Assembly (NCBI GenBank): GCA_951406725.2
Contig: OX597825.1
Span: 80,228,001 to 80,292,000 of the forward strand
Origin: Octopus vulgaris
Lineage: Eukaryota
Reading direction: 5' to 3'
Length of the DNA: 64,000 nt
In this document: piece by piece, positions 27,567 to 41,826 of the stretch
Layout of the letters: each line of letters opens with the position of its first letter
Numbering within the stretch: position 1 is the stretch's first letter
The notes under the pieces: generated by a model
What the model was told of the DNA's origin: nothing
The model's database searches: none
The model's input: the letters and a program-made list of their open reading frames with translations, nothing else
Program-made: the position numbers and the translations under genes

Positions 27567-29040
27567 TACTTTCCTAAAGTGAAAACTGAAACAAGCAGTC
27601 TAGGAAATAACATAAATCCAGCCAAGGGTGAATTCGAAGAAATAAGCTATCACCAGATAATTTTATTTAGTCAAAGGGATGGGCAACACTCGTCGTATAC
27701 AACCAATACTAACAGCATTATGAGGCCAGTAAGTATTACATGAAATAATCATGAAATAGTGTAGTAAATATTTGCTCTTATTTTTAGTTTAACAGCCATT
27801 TTACTGAACAATGAAAAACCAAGTTGACATAAGTGCAATTTGAACTCTTAGTGTAAGGAACCGTAATACCACAAGGCATTTTGCTTGAAGCTCTAATGAT
27901 TCTGCCAAAGATGCTGCCCTGTAATAATGCCTGCAGTGGAACTGAACACAAGCCCTATGACTTGCTAGAACAAAACATCAACCACTCAACCATTTAACCT
28001 CAGTTATTGGCAATTAAATTGGTTTTATTCTACGTTGTCATAGAAACAGCGATTAAAAAAAAATTGCTTTTTTCTCAGTTCTTGAAAAGTATAAGGAAAT
28101 CTCAGTTGTGTTTAGTGGGGAGAAAAAAAGGGTAAAGCTTGAAGCTAATGGAGATGGACAAATTTACAAAGTAAATACCGAGATGATAAGTTGGAACATG
28201 TGCCAACAAGGAAATGGTTTGAGAACTGAAGCAAAACTAATCGACTCCTGCCGAGAAAAGGTCTGTGCCTGACGCCCTCCCTAATAGAACTTTGGAAGAT
28301 GGAACTAATGACCAGAACTGAACAGATTAGCATTTACTGGTTGTAATATCATGTCAGCTTTTACTTATGGGGGGTGGGGGTACGTTGATGAGAGAGACTG
28401 CTTTAGACTCAAGAAAAGAAGAGAAAAAAGGGGAACCAAAAAAAAGAAAAAGAAAAAGAAACAATTCCAAATAATATTCCTTCTGAAATTCAAGAAGCAG
28501 AACCCAAAAAGTCTCACAACTTTTATAATGGTTTGTTGCTTAAACATAATTTCTTCATAATTTTGGTTCTGAGATAAAAGTGAAACTCCAGAGAAATTAA
28601 CAAGTTTTTTAGGTATAACTTTTAAGTAGAAGTTAACAGACATTAATAGCACCATGGCTATTGTTATCATTATTATTATTATTATTAAGGTGGTGAGCTG
28701 GCAGAATCATTAGCATGCTCGGTGAAATGCTTAGCAATATTTCATCCATCTTTACATTCTGAGTTCAAATTCCGCCGAGGTCGATTTTGCCTTACATCCT
28801 TTCTGGGGCCAATAAAATAAGTACCAGTTGAACACAGGGATGACAAGACTGGCCCCTTTAAAATACAGGTACAACTCATTTTTGCTAGCTGATCGGACTG
28901 GAACAATGTTAAATAAAGTGTCTTGCTCAAGAACAGAACAGACTGCCAGGAATTGAACCCACGATGGAACCATATGATTGCTAGCCAAATACAGTAACCA
29001 CTAAGGCACCACACACCATCACATATATAAAGTATAACAG

Positions 29041-29270
29041 GCGGAGAGCTGGCAGAAACGTTAGCACGCCGGGCGAAATGCTTAACGGTATTTCACTTGT
29101 CGTTACGTTGTGAGTTCAAATTCCGCCGAGGTTGACTTTGCCTTTCATCCTTTCGGGGTCGATAAATTAAGTACCAGTTACGCACTGGGGTCGATGTAAT
29201 CGACTTAATACCTATGTCTGTCCTTGTTTGTCTCCTCTATGTTTAGCCCCTTGTGGGTAATAAAGAAATA
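29041..29270 (+). mobile_element. Family B SINE, full length, with TSD
   Basis: A-box-like TGGCAGAAACG, B box GAGTTCAAATTCC, Nin/Deu-like core, TSD gtataacag at 29032-29040 and 29272-29280. Confidence 0.9.
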
Positions 29271-30194
29271 GGTATAACAGACCGGACAAGTTTTCATTTT
29301 TATCATTTTACATTCATTGGTGTTAAGAATGGCATCCAGCTGTAGAAACCATACCAAATCGGACACTAGAACTCAACAAAGTCCTCAGGATTGTCAGATC
29401 CTGTCAAATCATCCCACTTATTCAAGCATGGACGTTGGATGAGGATTTTTCTATGTTAGCATGACTGGGATAGAATTTATTGTTTCTTTTTTCAAATTAA
29501 GACATGTCTTAAATCGTTGACGCTGTTACTTTTTCCGACTAGACATCCTTCCTATGGTTTTCCATGTCCTTCCTATGGTTTTCCAATCAAGTGCCAAAGT
29601 CAAAGCAGAGACCATTATTTGTCACATGAGAATATAAACCAACTTGGGCCCCAGATTAATATCTACTCAAATTTAGAATTTAATAAATATAAGAAAATGA
29701 TATGGCAAAATTAAGACAAACACACAAAACAAAATAGAATAAAATACATAAAAAAATGCAAGACTATTTTTAAAATTCCACATCAATAAAAGAGTATAAA
29801 ACACTTTCAAAGGGTAACAGAACCCAGGGAAAGAATGCTTATCAGAGAGGGGCTGGTGAGTTATATATTATGGTGATGTAAATAAATAGTGCTTGCCATG
29901 AAGAATACTATTAAATCAAAATGCCAAATTCAAAAGTCTTCAAAAGGAACTTAACAGCTGCGGAAAATACATTTTGTGATATTTCCCTCTTAGATTTCAG
30001 GATTTTGTTTTTTTGTTCTTCCTTGCTCTCTTTAAAAAAATCTCAAAATTTTATGGTTGATGGAAAAAGAAAATTATCTTAAAAGAATATCTCTCAAATT
30101 CTCAGGAATATATTCTGTTACTGAATGCGTTTCAAGATAGATTTCCTTTGATGGCAGTCAAGAGGTCATAGATAACCGTGGAGGGGGAGGGGGA

Positions 30195-30226
<32 letters not shown>

Positions 30227-30344
30227 AACCATGATTACAATGACAATGATGGTGGTGGTGATGATGATGCAACATTTTTGTGATTACATTTAAATCAACA
30301 GTACAAAACATTGATGTCATATGTTATACACACGCATATGTATG

Positions 30345-30830
30345 CTTCCGAACGACATGGTGCTGAGTTCAGTCCCACTGCATGGTACCTTGGGCATGTG
30401 TCCTCAACAATAGCTCCAGGCTGACCAAAACCATGCCTTATGAATGCATTTGGTAGATGGAAACTAAAAGAAGCCTGTGTGTGTGTGTGTTTTCATCTCC
30501 CACCACTGCTTGATAGTTGGTGCCAGTTTGTTTATGAACCTGTGACTTAGTAGTTCAGCAAAAAACTCAAATAAAGTACCAGACTTTAAAAAATATATAA
30601 AAAGTAATAAGGTCAATTTGTTTGATTTAGGGTGGTGCCCCGGCATGGCCACAGTTTGATGACTGAAAAATAATTATATATATATAGGCACAAGAGTGGC
30701 TGTGTGATAAGTAGCTTGCTTCCCAACCACATGGTTCCGGGTTCAGTCCCACTGCGTGGCACCTTGGGCAAGTGTCTTCCACTATAGCCTCGGGTCGACC
30801 AAAGCCATGGGAGAGGATTTGGTGGACACA
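30345..30830 (+). mobile_element. Two family A SINE copies
   Basis: Match to the reference copy. Confidence 0.8.
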
Positions 30831-31984
30831 ATAGACTTCTTGTTTCTGTCTACCAAATCCATTCACAGGGCTTTGGTTGGCCCAGGGTGGCACTGACTAG
30901 ACTAATATTGACATTAAACTGTTCTTCATCATCATCATCATTTATGGTTTTATGTACATTTTACCTGTTGGATAGACTTGAAATATGTAATTCTTCCACA
31001 TGCCTTGATCCTGCTCAATTTCATGAAATTATGCAAAAACAGTCTTTATATATCTCAAACAATAATAATTATGGATAGGTGGGTGGAGACAGGAGTTTGA
31101 AAACATTTTATAAGAAGCTAAATTACAATATTTATATGTAATACGTCACACCCATCAGTATTAAATCTTGGTACAAAATTTTTTCCCCTTCATGGATTTA
31201 GCTTTGCCCCCATGTATGAGCCACACCCCAACTTTTGCAGTTCAAAAATAAGCCCAAGTAGATATCTTTTTGTCTTTTTTTTTTATTTGGAATTGTTACA
31301 GGAAAGAATAGTGTTGCTTATAATAAAAGTGGATTGTTCATCATTTCTAACTTATCCAATTTTCTCATTAGTAAACGGAGAATCGTTTAAGTGGAAGAAT
31401 AAACAGCTGGCAAGAGTTAATCAAAGACTAAGCAATTTGAAGAAATCTTACACAAAGTAACAAACCTATAAAAGATTCCATTTAAGTTCTACAATTTCTC
31501 TTCAGAGATGAAGAACTGATACAGACATTTTTATATCTCGGATTCTAACAAATTACAACAGAAAAAGGAAAGGAAAGACTCTAAAAAGATAGTCAAGTTT
31601 AGTAACTACTCAAGTTAATTCTGATTTAAGGGAGTTGCACTTTAAGGATAAAAAAAGGGGCAAAAAAAAGTATGCCTGTTTCTCCTCTAACATTTGACAT
31701 TCCAGAGAATAAAAGGAAAATTTATGATTCTTGTGAAGATACAAACTGAGGTTTAAGAAAACCAAGAGGATTAGTTCAAACACACAGACAGACAGACTGG
31801 TGAAGAAATGAAGGAAAAAGTACAGAATGTCTGAGGCAGAGTTAGTAAATTTTTATTAGAAACTGAATCATCATTCCAAGTTTCATGTTTAATTATTCAA
31901 ACAAATTGTTTAGACAAACAGCAACATGAGATTCAAACTAATAATTCAACAAACTTCAGCTAATAATAATAATTATTATTATTA

Positions 31985-32592
31985 TAAGCACAAGGTTTGA
32001 AATTTTGGGGGAGGGGAGCTAGCCAATTACATCAACCCCAGTGCTCAACTGGTACTTGTTTTATGGACCCTGAGAAGATGAAAGGCAAGGCAACTTCAGT
32101 GGCATCTGAACTCAGAAAGCAGAGTGCCCAAAGCAATTTGTCCACCATGCTGAGAATTCCGGCAGCTTGCTGCCTTAATAATAATGGTTTCAAGTTTTGG
32201 CACAAGGCCAGCGGTTTCAGGGGAAGGTGTTAGTCAACTGAATGGACCCCAGGAATCAACTGGTCCTTATTGAGGCCCGAAAGGATGAAAGGCAAAGTCA
32301 ACCTTAGCCAAATCTGAACTCAGAACATAAAGACAGATGAAATGGCACAAAGCATTTTTGCTACTACCAACTCTACCAGCTTACTACCTTGATGATGATG
32401 ATATCAAATTTTGGCATGAGATCAGCAATTTTGTGAGACGGGTTAAATTGATTATATCAATCCTCTAAAAAGCTGAAAGTCAAAAGGCAGAGTCGATCGA
32501 CCTCAACGAAATTTGAACTGAGAACATGAAGACAGATGAAATGTTGTTAAGCATTTTGCCCAGCATGTTAACTGTTCTGCTAGCTCACTGCA
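31985..32592 (-). mobile_element. Cluster of three decayed family B SINEs
   Basis: aaaggca..tgaact(c/g)agaa motif recurs. Confidence 0.75.
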
Positions 32593-32652
32593 ATGATGAT
32601 GATAATCATCATCGTTTTCCATGCTGTCATGGGTTAATAATAATAGTAATAA

Positions 32653-33508
32653 TTAATTTCTTTATTAACCACAAGGGTTTACATTAAGTAAAACATTATG
32701 AACAGTACAGGACAAAACAAAGAATGTGTGTGTGAGGGTTTTGCATGTAAACAAGACTAACAAAACTTTAAAAAATCAACAAACTGTGATTCTCAATAAG
32801 GAGGAGACATTCAAGGGTTGCTCACGGAAAAAAAAGCCATAAAAAAACCATAGGTACCCTGACTTGTGGGGCAGGTACCTTTTTTCCAATTACAGGTGTA
32901 TGTTCAGGACAAGGCCTGTTCAATCACACCATTCTCGCCACTTTCATCCATCTTACAGCAAACTGACCAGAAGACAATATTTCCTCTCTAACCTTATTTT
33001 CCTTTTCAAGCGAAACTTGAAGAAGTTGATCAAGGATTGGCCAAAGAGAAAAGTGTTTGTCTTCATCCCCTTCAATCCCATCCATCAGACCTCTTTTGCA
33101 ATGGCAAATAAACACAGCGTTTCCTTCCTGGTTAAAGGAAGGCAGCAGGGCAATTTTCATGATGGATTCAGTTGACAGCGACATCCATCCCACATGGAAT
33201 AGCAGGTGTTCGATATAAACCCACAGGTCAGCAATGCTCAGGCACTGGACGAGTGCATGCAGGACCATCTCGTCGTCTTGCGTGCATCTCGGACATGCTC
33301 AGCTGACGGAAGTTCCGTGCCTGTAAAGTCTATCACAAACAGGCAAAGTTTCCTAGTAGCACTGCCAGGCCAGAGATTTTTGGGAGTAATCCATCGGTCC
33401 TGGGCTGAAAGTTCTCCAGAAAAGAGTGGCTAGTTGATCTTCTTTGATGCTCAAGATCTCTCCAAGAACGTTGTCACACTTTTCCTCCACTAATCTATTT
33501 ATAAAATC
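32653..33508 (-). mobile_element. L1/Tx1-like LINE 3' fragment (zf-RVT domain and 3' UTR), pseudogenised
   Basis: KSLAWQCY*ETLPVCDRLYRHGTSVS*ACPRCTQDDEMVLHALVQCLSIADLW has the zf-RVT CxxC..H...C...W pattern, with stop codons. Confidence 0.8.
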
Positions 33509-33513
33509 CTTTG

Positions 33514-33559
<46 letters not shown>

Positions 33560-34343
33560 TACCTCTGTCTGTTCCCAACACATTCTCAAATGGCTCACAT
33601 CAGCCACCTCTGCCCAACCTTTTGGGGATAGCTTTCTCTCAGCAATAATGTTAATGTGAGGACTGTTATAGAAATACCAACAAACATCTAATGATGGAAG
33701 GACACAAAAGCTGTAGTAGAGTCAATATATTTTATGCATTGGGTTGTCTCCTCCCACTTTAATCAACCAGTTTCAATCAATGGTTGAACAAGCTACAAAA
33801 AGTGAAAGTCCAAGTCAACCTAACACACACATACAGAGAGAAAGAGAGTTTAATGTGCAAGAACAGAGTAATACAGTGACTAGACAACTAGGTCTCAACA
33901 CAGACATTGTCACTTTTATACACTAACAATTTATATGCCCAACAATCACACCTTAATACTACGTTACATATCCTCTAACATTCCTTTCCTTTTTAATACA
34001 CTTCTGGAATAAAGAATTTGGTAATGCAAATATATATCCTGCTTATTTGCTGTAATCTATACTGGTGATCATATGACATTATATAAATGACTTTGGCGCA
34101 ATAAACCAACAGTTTGCAAAGACATCCTCTATGGAATGCACCTTGTTCTTCAGTTAAACTACCTGTGTTACCACAACACTGCTTGACCAGTGATGATGTG
34201 GAATAATCATACATTCCAGCTAATGTAGTGTATGTTTAATTCTATCTCAGTTACAGTAAAAGAGCCCTGCCTGATACATCAGGAATAACCTCAACCCAAA
34301 GCACACAAATATATTTTATGAATTTTATTTGTTTTTTTGTATA

Positions 34344-34620
34344 TTGCCAGCGTCGCCTTACTGGCACATGTGCCGGTACCATGTGAAAAAGAACATTCAA
34401 GTGTGGTCGTTGCTAGTGCCGCTGGACTGGCTACCATGCCAGTGGCACGTACAAGCACCCACTACACTCTCGGAGTGGTTGGTGTTAGGAAGGGCATCCA
34501 GCAGTAGAAACTTTGCCAGATCAGATTGGAGCCTGGTGCAGCCTTCTGGCTCAGCAGTCCTCAGTCAAACCGTCCAATTCATGCCAGCATGGAAAGCAGA
34601 TGTTAAACGACGACAATGAT
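34344..34620 (+). mobile_element. Family C retroposon
   Basis: Match to other copies; tail aaacgacgacaatgat. Confidence 0.8.
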
Positions 34621-35949
34621 ATTTCATCATCATCTTTATCATTTTAATGCCCAATTTTTCTAATTTTTCAGGTTCAGTCCCTCTGCATGACATCTTGAGT
34701 AAGTCATCGCCATCATCATCATTTAGTTTCATCTGTTTTCTGTCAGAATGGGTTGGATGGTTCAACGGGAACTGGCAAGTCAGAAGACTGCACTCAACTC
34801 TGGTCTTTATTTCAGCATGGTTTCTATGTCTGGATGCTTTTCCTAATGCCAACCACATAAAAGAGTGTACTGGATGCTTTTTACATGGTCCCAGCAGTAG
34901 TGGGGTCACTGAGTCTCTAGCAAGACAAGATCCCTCAACTGAGAAGGGGAAGTAGTATTAAGGGGCATAAAAGGGTGTCTTGCAGTAGAGGGGAAACATG
35001 GTTACATTATTCTACTGTAGCCCTGGGTTGACAAAAGTCTTGTTGAGTAGATTTGGTAGATGGAAAATGAAAGAAGCTTATTCTATGTATATGTTTGCAT
35101 GCGTCCATATGAGGGTCTCTTTGTCTTAACATTGTATGATGGTTGTAAATAAGCATCACTGTCACAAAAGTGGTGTCATTTGTTTCAAGTCTTTCATAAA
35201 AAACATGTCTGACCACTTGGGAAATATTACTTTGCTGAGATACAGGTGAGGGTTAGCAAAAGAAAGGGCATCTGAACGTTAGAAAAATCTTGCCTTGACA
35301 AACAAGTATAGAAAAGTCCATGACAAAATAATGATGTTGAAAAAAAAATTCAATTTTTGTTTCATTTATTGTATAAGAATTAAGGTGACGTGGATTACAT
35401 GTACAATACAGGTATGGATCCTGTGATTAATGGAAAATTGATAAAGGGTTCTATGACAAACTAATTTTGGGAACCACTCTGCTAGCATATTTAAACCTTT
35501 TGATACTAATCCACTAAATAAGGACCAAAAAACAGCTTGCAGATCAGCAAAGCTATTGATCTCACTAATAGACAGATAGATAGATAATCTTTTACTTGTT
35601 TCAGTCATTAGATTGCGGCCATGCTGGGGCACTGCCTTGAATTCTTAGTTGAATGAATCAATCCCAATACTTATTTTTTAATATTTCAAAAATTTAACAA
35701 AAACACAACAGAAAATTCGTAGCCAATTCCTCATCAGTCAATGTCCAAAAGATCCTTACAATTTCGTGCCTTTGGTACTTTTTCTATCCATCCATTTTTT
35801 CCACACACAGGAAAGTTTTAAAATAGCTTCTTTTTAGCATTAGAAAACATGAAAAATATGAAATAAAAGTAATTAACTATACTTTAATTGATAAATATCC
35901 CCAGTGATTTTTTACAACTTCATTCAGGGATCGAATGAAAAGAAAATTG

Positions 35950-37510
35950 TGAGTGCGCGCGCTGCGATACTATCGCTACTGTTTAACCCCAGGTCAGCCC
36001 TAACCGAACAAATCTATAATAAAAGGTATCTCAGTCGTGACCATCCAGTCTTTTTGTGTATCTAAGGCTATATTGTCTTAGGGGGGTGAAAAGTGTGATA
36101 TGAGGGAAATTTGGACACTATTTCTAGCAAGTTAAGTCAAATGAAAAACTATCGTTTCTATTGTAATTAATACACGTGTTAATTAACAAACCTAAATATA
36201 TTCAAATATCTTAGAAGAAACACTTGGAACACGTAAAAATATTCAGAAATCTCATTAAACATAAGTTAATAATATTAAAAACTTTTAACGACAAATGTTT
36301 CGGATATTTCATAAAGAAAAGAGAAGAAAAAGAATTTAGGGGGATTTAAATAAAAAAATATCGAAAAATTCTGGCTTTTCGATTATTTCCTTAGTTGGAA
36401 TTATAACTAATATAAATGACTGTATTTAAAAATAGATAAATGGCTCCTTTTTAATTCGTCACAAGGTCCATCTCTTATTTTTTAGTAAAGAACATCGTCG
36501 AAAACCCGAAGATGTAACCGAAGGAGCCATTACCAAATTCTAAAGACTGGGAAGAAATAAGCTGACGGCGAACTGAGCCATTACTTTGCTCGTTCCTTGG
36601 AAAAGCATGAACGTCACCACATCAGTCCGTTTTCCTTTAAAGTATACGGTTTTAGTGGTTCTTATTTGAAAATTTTACTGAACACGATACAAATAAAACG
36701 AGAAAAATTTTGATAGTGAAACTATGTAAGAGAAGTAAAGGTGAAAGACGAGAAGGTAGAGCGAAAAAGGTTGAAGGAATTAAAAAGTAATTTAAAGTTA
36801 TTAATAATTAAACTCACTTGTTTAAAAAGTCGAAGTAATTTTGAAGCCATGAGTGAAAAAAGTTAATTGAATGTGAAAGAAAAGGCTTTCACTTGAGTGA
36901 AATTCGAACGGTCATAGTATTTGAGGTATCATTAGGACCGACCGTAGTTAATGAATGAACCAACGACTATAACTCGAATGAAAGAGCAACGTGCCTCATA
37001 CCCACAAATATAAAACGTGGGTGGTGGTGGTGGTATTATTATTATTATTAGAAACTTATTATTGTTGTTCTCTCTCTCTCCGTATATTTTAAGGATTGGC
37101 ATTTAAATGATATATTTTACGTCGTCACAGCTTTTAAGGTAAATTATGTTTCTCTTTAGAAAAGTAAATAAAGGAAAGTGATCATGTGACAAGATAACGA
37201 TCAATAACAGGAAATAAGTTGATAATTTCTTTGGAAGATTGATTTTCGGTTGTTGTTGTGGTTTGCAAGAGTTTGTCAGTCAGGTATCCCGACCCACCCC
37301 TTCGACCCCAATATAATCGACTCCCTTTTAACGTCCCTTTTAATTCACCTTTGCACACTGCTTAGGAAAGGTCAGGATTACCCCCAACCCGAGGTTTTAT
37401 ATAGGAGACTATAATTAATTGCTCGATATGACCAGCGAAATGCGATCGAACACAGGACCACGTGGGTTAGAAATGAACTTATTAACCACACGCACGGCCT
37501 TGTCCGGTTT
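35950..37510. promoter_or_regulatory. CpG-retaining, TE-poor putative promoter region
   Basis: Visibly more CG dinucleotides than the flanks (not counted); contains a candidate first exon; TATAAAA at about 37009. Confidence 0.45.
36818..36850 (-). CDS. Candidate first coding exon MASKLLRLFKQ (possible start of a mitochondrial transit peptide)
   Basis: ctcATGG start, 11 codons, consensus donor CAA|GTGAGT, inside the CpG-rich region. Confidence 0.5.
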
Positions 37511-39671
37511 CTTTTTTTTTATTTGTTGCATGTGTGTGTGACTTAACCGAAAGAAATCCATATTTTTATATTTTAGGAGATGAGTAAAGTAATACAGAAA
37601 ACACTGTAAGGATTATATTTAATTTATCTTTCGTTAGATAAAATGTAGCACATTAGGAAAGTAAAAACAAATAAAATTTTAACTGATTAGAGATGAGAAA
37701 TTATCAGCAATCACAGACGGGAAAATCATCAAATATTCTTTGGTCAAAGGTAATCCCAACCACAAACCAGCTCATCTTTTTGTCCTCCATTTTCAAGGCA
37801 TCCAGATGTGATTTGAAGGAGACTTGACTACTATTACTAGCAAGTCAAAAGACCGCGTAGACGTTTCTTCAATGCCTTGTTTAGAATTTAGGGTTACAGA
37901 AACCCGAACTTTTTAAAAGGAACTAAAAATGTTGAGGAACATAAAACAGACCCTTTTTTTTTTTTTTTTAAGAAAACGTTTAGAAGTACAGAAAAACCAT
38001 TTTTTTAAAGAAAATAGTGTTTGGGGGACAGAAACGTGTTTTTAATAAAATAAAAATTTAAAGATACAGAAAAACCGTTTTTATGTTTAGGGATGCAGAA
38101 AGAGGGATTAAGGGCTCAACACTTCTGGATTTTCTTTCTTTAGAAATTGTAGAATAAAAAGAAATTGAATATAATAAGAAAGAAACTTTTTAGATGTTGA
38201 TCAGAGCCTTAAATATTTTAAAGTGAGAATGGGGGTTATGTAACATTCTCATGAATGTTATGCAACCCCCATTCTCAATGATATTAGTAGGAGCGCCAAT
38301 ATAGTGAAAGGCTACAATCCGGGATCGAATTATCTTCCAAATTATTAACACGACGTTCAACGTTACTTTCAATGAAAGATGAATTAAATTATGCACATGA
38401 ATTCCTAGCATATCTGATAGGTTTGCAGGTAGATTTAGAGTTTGTGTGGCCAAGAACAGGCCGAGCAGGGTACGACTGACAACAGAAATAGACGCGATTT
38501 TATTCATTCAAACAGAAAGTGACAAGCCTGTAATGAGATATGGATTTCAATAATAATAATAAAGCGAAACCACACCTTTTAACGTCTGTGTGTCCACATC
38601 GAATTACAGTATTGTTTGGCGGGGGAGTGGTTCATGGCTGGCTGAAACTTATCCTTAAACTGTGGTTTTATATACACACAAACATATCAGACAGACACAT
38701 GCTTTGGCGCATGAAACGACTAGCTACACACAACCATTATACTTTAAATTATTCAATTGACAATGTGAAAGAGACATGTTACATGAGTACGAAGGTGGCT
38801 AGAAATTATTTGAAGGTTAATTCCTAATATATAAAGTGACAAACACATGTAGCTAACTCCATGAACACACAAAAAAACCTCCAACGAGACACTTCATACC
38901 ATGTTAAAAACAAAGGACTGTTTGGTCTGTATCTCATTTCAATAAAATATTTTAGATGGCTATAGCTCAAATGCTATCAAATATTCGCGCCATGGATCTA
39001 CCCAGGCCTTTCTAAACACGTAGACCTGTCCAATTAATGTCAGAATGACCTCATACCTTGAATGCCTGTGTGAGCTTGTATAATTATGTCATAAATTAAC
39101 TTGTACTCTTACAATGAGTAAGAAAAAAAAAGACGCTACCTCATCAAATAACTGAGATAAGTTGTTAATGAATTTATAATCTTTCGGAACCCCCATACTC
39201 ACTTGAAAACTTTTTTTTTTAAATATAACATTGGCACTTCGCTTCACTTGGTTTGATCTATGATCTCTCTGGGAGTGAAGTTAGTTCATAACCACCAGAC
39301 TACCAACGCTTTTCGTTCATGCGCCGGTGGTCTGATGGGTAATAACGTTATTAACCCAAAGTTTAGATATGATGGTCCATAATTCGAACCCAGTTTGGTA
39401 TTACGTACACGCCCTGAAATAAGACAGCTGATGACGATTGGAGACCAAGCAACTGAATCTTTATGTGATGTAAATAAGAATAAAATGCGTTTGCGGTTTA
39501 AAATTAAAACATGCATCTCAATCAAAATATTTAGTTTATGGTTGGTCGTAAAGTTTTTGTTGGCTTTTCACACTATTAAGTAGTTTGTGAGCGAAGACAA
39601 TGAACGCACTAAAAATCTTAATGACTTTTCAATTATTTCATTAACATACATGTAGGCGTAGGAGCGGCTGT

Positions 39672-40090
39672 CAAGTAAAAGTAATGTTGCCGTCGTCATG
39701 TATCGCACGCATTGACGAGCCTACAACGCAAGTCTTCTCCATTAAGCGCAAGTCTTCTCCCATCGGACGAACCCTCAGTGTTACTTTGTTCTGACTTCGT
39801 TGTAGTATTTTCTTTTGACAGAGATATTGGGGTGATTTGCTATTGCTTTCTCCAACTGGATGGACGGTGGTCCACAAGGAGCTCATCTGTCATTTCAATA
39901 GATCTTTTAGTTTTTTAGTCCTGCTGAGTGTCTAGACACCCTCTTGACAAGAGAAGCAAGCTACTCAAGTGGAGGGAAGCCGGTTTAGTCGCCGACCACG
40001 CGACCATGGAACAGGTTGTACTGGTTTACAAGGTACCAGTAGCAGACCGCATCAGCTTGCAACGAAAGCTGACTATAACGAGTAATGTCT
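39672..40090 (-). mobile_element. Probable RTE-clade LINE 5' UTR fragment
   Basis: Minus motifs gtcg..ggcgactaaa and tggagaaagcaatagcaaatcacccc resemble RTE/BovB 5' motifs (recalled similarity); short hairpins present. Confidence 0.4.
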
Positions 40091-41522
40091 ATTCAATAAA
40101 TTGACGAATCAGCGTTCAAACATAACATAACACTTAGGAGTCTTCTGTACATAACTTGCTGGATACATTACGAAAGTAATATAAGGAAATTAAATCACTA
40201 CATGTAACTGATATGTGTTATTCAACACTTGTATGTTGGTGCCTTTTGTTGAGTATGTTACTAAAGAAAAATGAAAGAGGGGAAGAGAGAACAATACGCC
40301 GAGACAAATGACAAATTCCACGAGACAGCAGCTGGGTGGCTCTGGCCTGAGGTTGAATTTGCCAGCTTTTATAGCTGTAAGCCACACTTCTAGAATTTTC
40401 AGTAAAAATGTTTTGTAAGAAAACTTGCATGCTTCCTTCAAAGTTTACCGCATCAACCATAAAAATCATCCAATGCTGATTGGTTCAACTATGTTCGTAC
40501 AGCCATTAATACCTTTTATGGTCACACTTTTCCTTTTATGGAGATAATTTAGACTGCGATGATTTTGGGCGAGGAAAACCCAAGAACTATGGTCCAAAAT
40601 TCAGCATAGGCCTCACTACAGTACCACTGATCCCTTCTCCAGACCACTGGAGAAAATTAGGGGCCAATACTTATTAATTATAAACACAGTCTATACTAAT
40701 AAGCAAGCTGCTTGTCACCACGATAAATACTTATAGAGAGGTGAAACATACAGGTGACAGTGAAGTGTCTTTTACAGGAAAACAATGCTGCACCAAAGAC
40801 AAACTATGGAAATGAACCGTGTAACCCTCAGTCTAGTCAGGACCCTGGCAGAATTGTTAGAGCATTTGAATATAAGCTTTGCTATATTTATTCTGGTTCC
40901 TTATACTCTGAGTTCAAATCCTGCTAAGGTCAACTTGGCCTTTCATCTATTTGGTATTAATTAAGATTAAGAACCAGTCAAGTACTGGACGTGATGGTAT
41001 CAGCTAATTCCTCTCCTTAAAATAGCTGACCGTGCATTTCAATCAGAAACCATTCACCCATACACATGCATTCATGCATGTAAGTATGTGAATGTGATGT
41101 TACGTCTTCATCTCCTTTCAACCATACGTTGTGGTAGCTTGGTGGTCTGGGCATGTGGAAGACCAGACGGATTGGTGATAGGGAGAGCAGCCAGCTAGAT
41201 AATACTGCGTCTTCCACCGAGGTCGACTTCGCCTTTCATCCTTTCGGGGTCGATTAAATAAGTACCAGTTACGCACTGGTGTCGATATAAGCGACTTAAT
41301 CCGTTTGTCTGTCCTTGTTTGTCCCCTCTGCGTGTAGCCCCTTGTGGGCAATAAATAAATAAATAAATTTACCCAACCCTTGCCAGTGTGGGTGGATGGG
41401 AGACGTGATGATGGTGGTGGTGGTGGTGGTGGTGGTGGTTATAATAGTGACAAATGTAATAATCAGCTGAGCATCAGAGAAAATGTTGTGCCCCATCTCT
41501 CTCTCTCTCTCTCTCTCTCTCG

Positions 41523-41554
<32 letters not shown>

Positions 41555-41558
41555 ATGT

Positions 41559-41826
41559 CGGCTGCGGGGTCACTCCGAAAAGCTCTATCCGCGACGATTT
41601 CATCTCAATCGAAGGAGAGGGGCTTTCTCCGTCCGGGTTGCGGATCCGTGGAATAAGCTGCCGGACAAGATAGTGAAGATGCCGACGACCGCTCGATTCA
41701 AAGTCTCTCTTGACCAGAAATGGCCTGAACTCTTTGCATGAACACCCTCCCTGTAACATAACTCCATGTCCCCCTACAGGGCCTTGCTTTTTGCTTTTTG
41801 AGCCAAAAAATTAACTTAACTTAACT
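41559..41826 (+). mobile_element. CR1 LINE 3' end (ORF2 C-terminus, 3' UTR, (TTAAC)n tail)
   Basis: RLRGHSEKLYPRRFHLNRRRGAFSVRVADPWNKLPDKIVKMPTTARFKVSLDQKWPELFA* (41559-41741) has the CR1 RGH..KL / FS.RV...WN.LP / FK..LD motifs. Confidence 0.9.

Noticed and set aside
38190-38507. 105-aa minus-strand ORF
   Set aside because: No recognisable motif or splice context
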